A stretch of 64,000 bases of DNA from Octopus sinensis (taxonomy: Eukaryota): assembly GCF_006345805.1 (NCBI RefSeq), contig NC_043007.1, positions 75,454,001 to 75,518,000 on the forward strand. Reading direction: 5' to 3'. Under the pieces are notes generated by a model. That model had not been told where the DNA came from. It searched no databases and worked only from the letters and a program-made list of their open reading frames with translations. Made by a program: the position numbers and the translations under genes. Below are positions 63,575 through 64,000 of the stretch, piece by piece; position 1 is the stretch's first letter, and every line of letters starts with the position of its first letter.

Positions 63575-64000
63575 TGTAGAGATATATATCATATATGTAT
63601 CACAAAAATCTGGAAAACAAAATATAAATTGATCATATATATATGGTTACATGAATTGTCACATAAATCACAATATATATTTCAAAAACTAGAGACGATG
63701 AGTGAAAACTGGTTTTTGTATCTGAAATCAGCACCCTAAAATTCGGCTAGAACAACTATTTTTATACTAGCCTCAATTTCTCTGTAAAACTGTGTCATTA
63801 GTGGATATGCACGAACCAGTCTGGAGTAAAATATGGCTGAACTTAGGTTCATGGAGAGAGAATGTAACTCCTTAATTCATACATTACAAATGATCATGAT
63901 ATCTAAGACAATAAAAATCTGCAACACCATCTTAAGATTTAAAGGATAATGAACAAAAACTGATGTTTTCCTTCACAACCTTGCTAACGTTTCTGCCAGC

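Overview
AT-rich, repeat-dense eukaryotic DNA, not prokaryotic. The SINE, RTE and microsatellite repertoire suggests an octopod cephalopod (Octopus-like; recognised from memory, not database-checked). The only host gene I can support is a five-coding-exon, + strand, four-transmembrane MS4A/CD20-like gene (CDS 6523-21495, 188 aa, all introns phase 0 GT-AG, C-terminal PPAY motif). The rest is mobile DNA and repeats: tRNA-derived SINEs of at least four types, RTE LINE fragments with a variable 3'-UTR minisatellite, CR1/L2-like LINEs, an R4/Dong-like LINE, a Penelope GIY-YIG remnant, Helitrons, two mariners, a Tigger/pogo fragment, a Chapaev3-like fragment, MITEs and very long (TA)n/(CA)n tracts. 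The main second-look signals are: a dispersed ~200-bp element carrying a minimal dimer-type hammerhead ribozyme with an extra core A (three copies) plus a different hammerhead in intron 2; a local templated inverted duplication and a fold-back element inside the MS4A-like pre-mRNA; a dimeric higher-order hairpin array in an RTE 3' UTR; and a LINE/SINE shared 3' stem-loop with compensatory changes. Repeat boundaries are approximate. Nearly all ORFs in the supplied track are microsatellite or TE artefacts.
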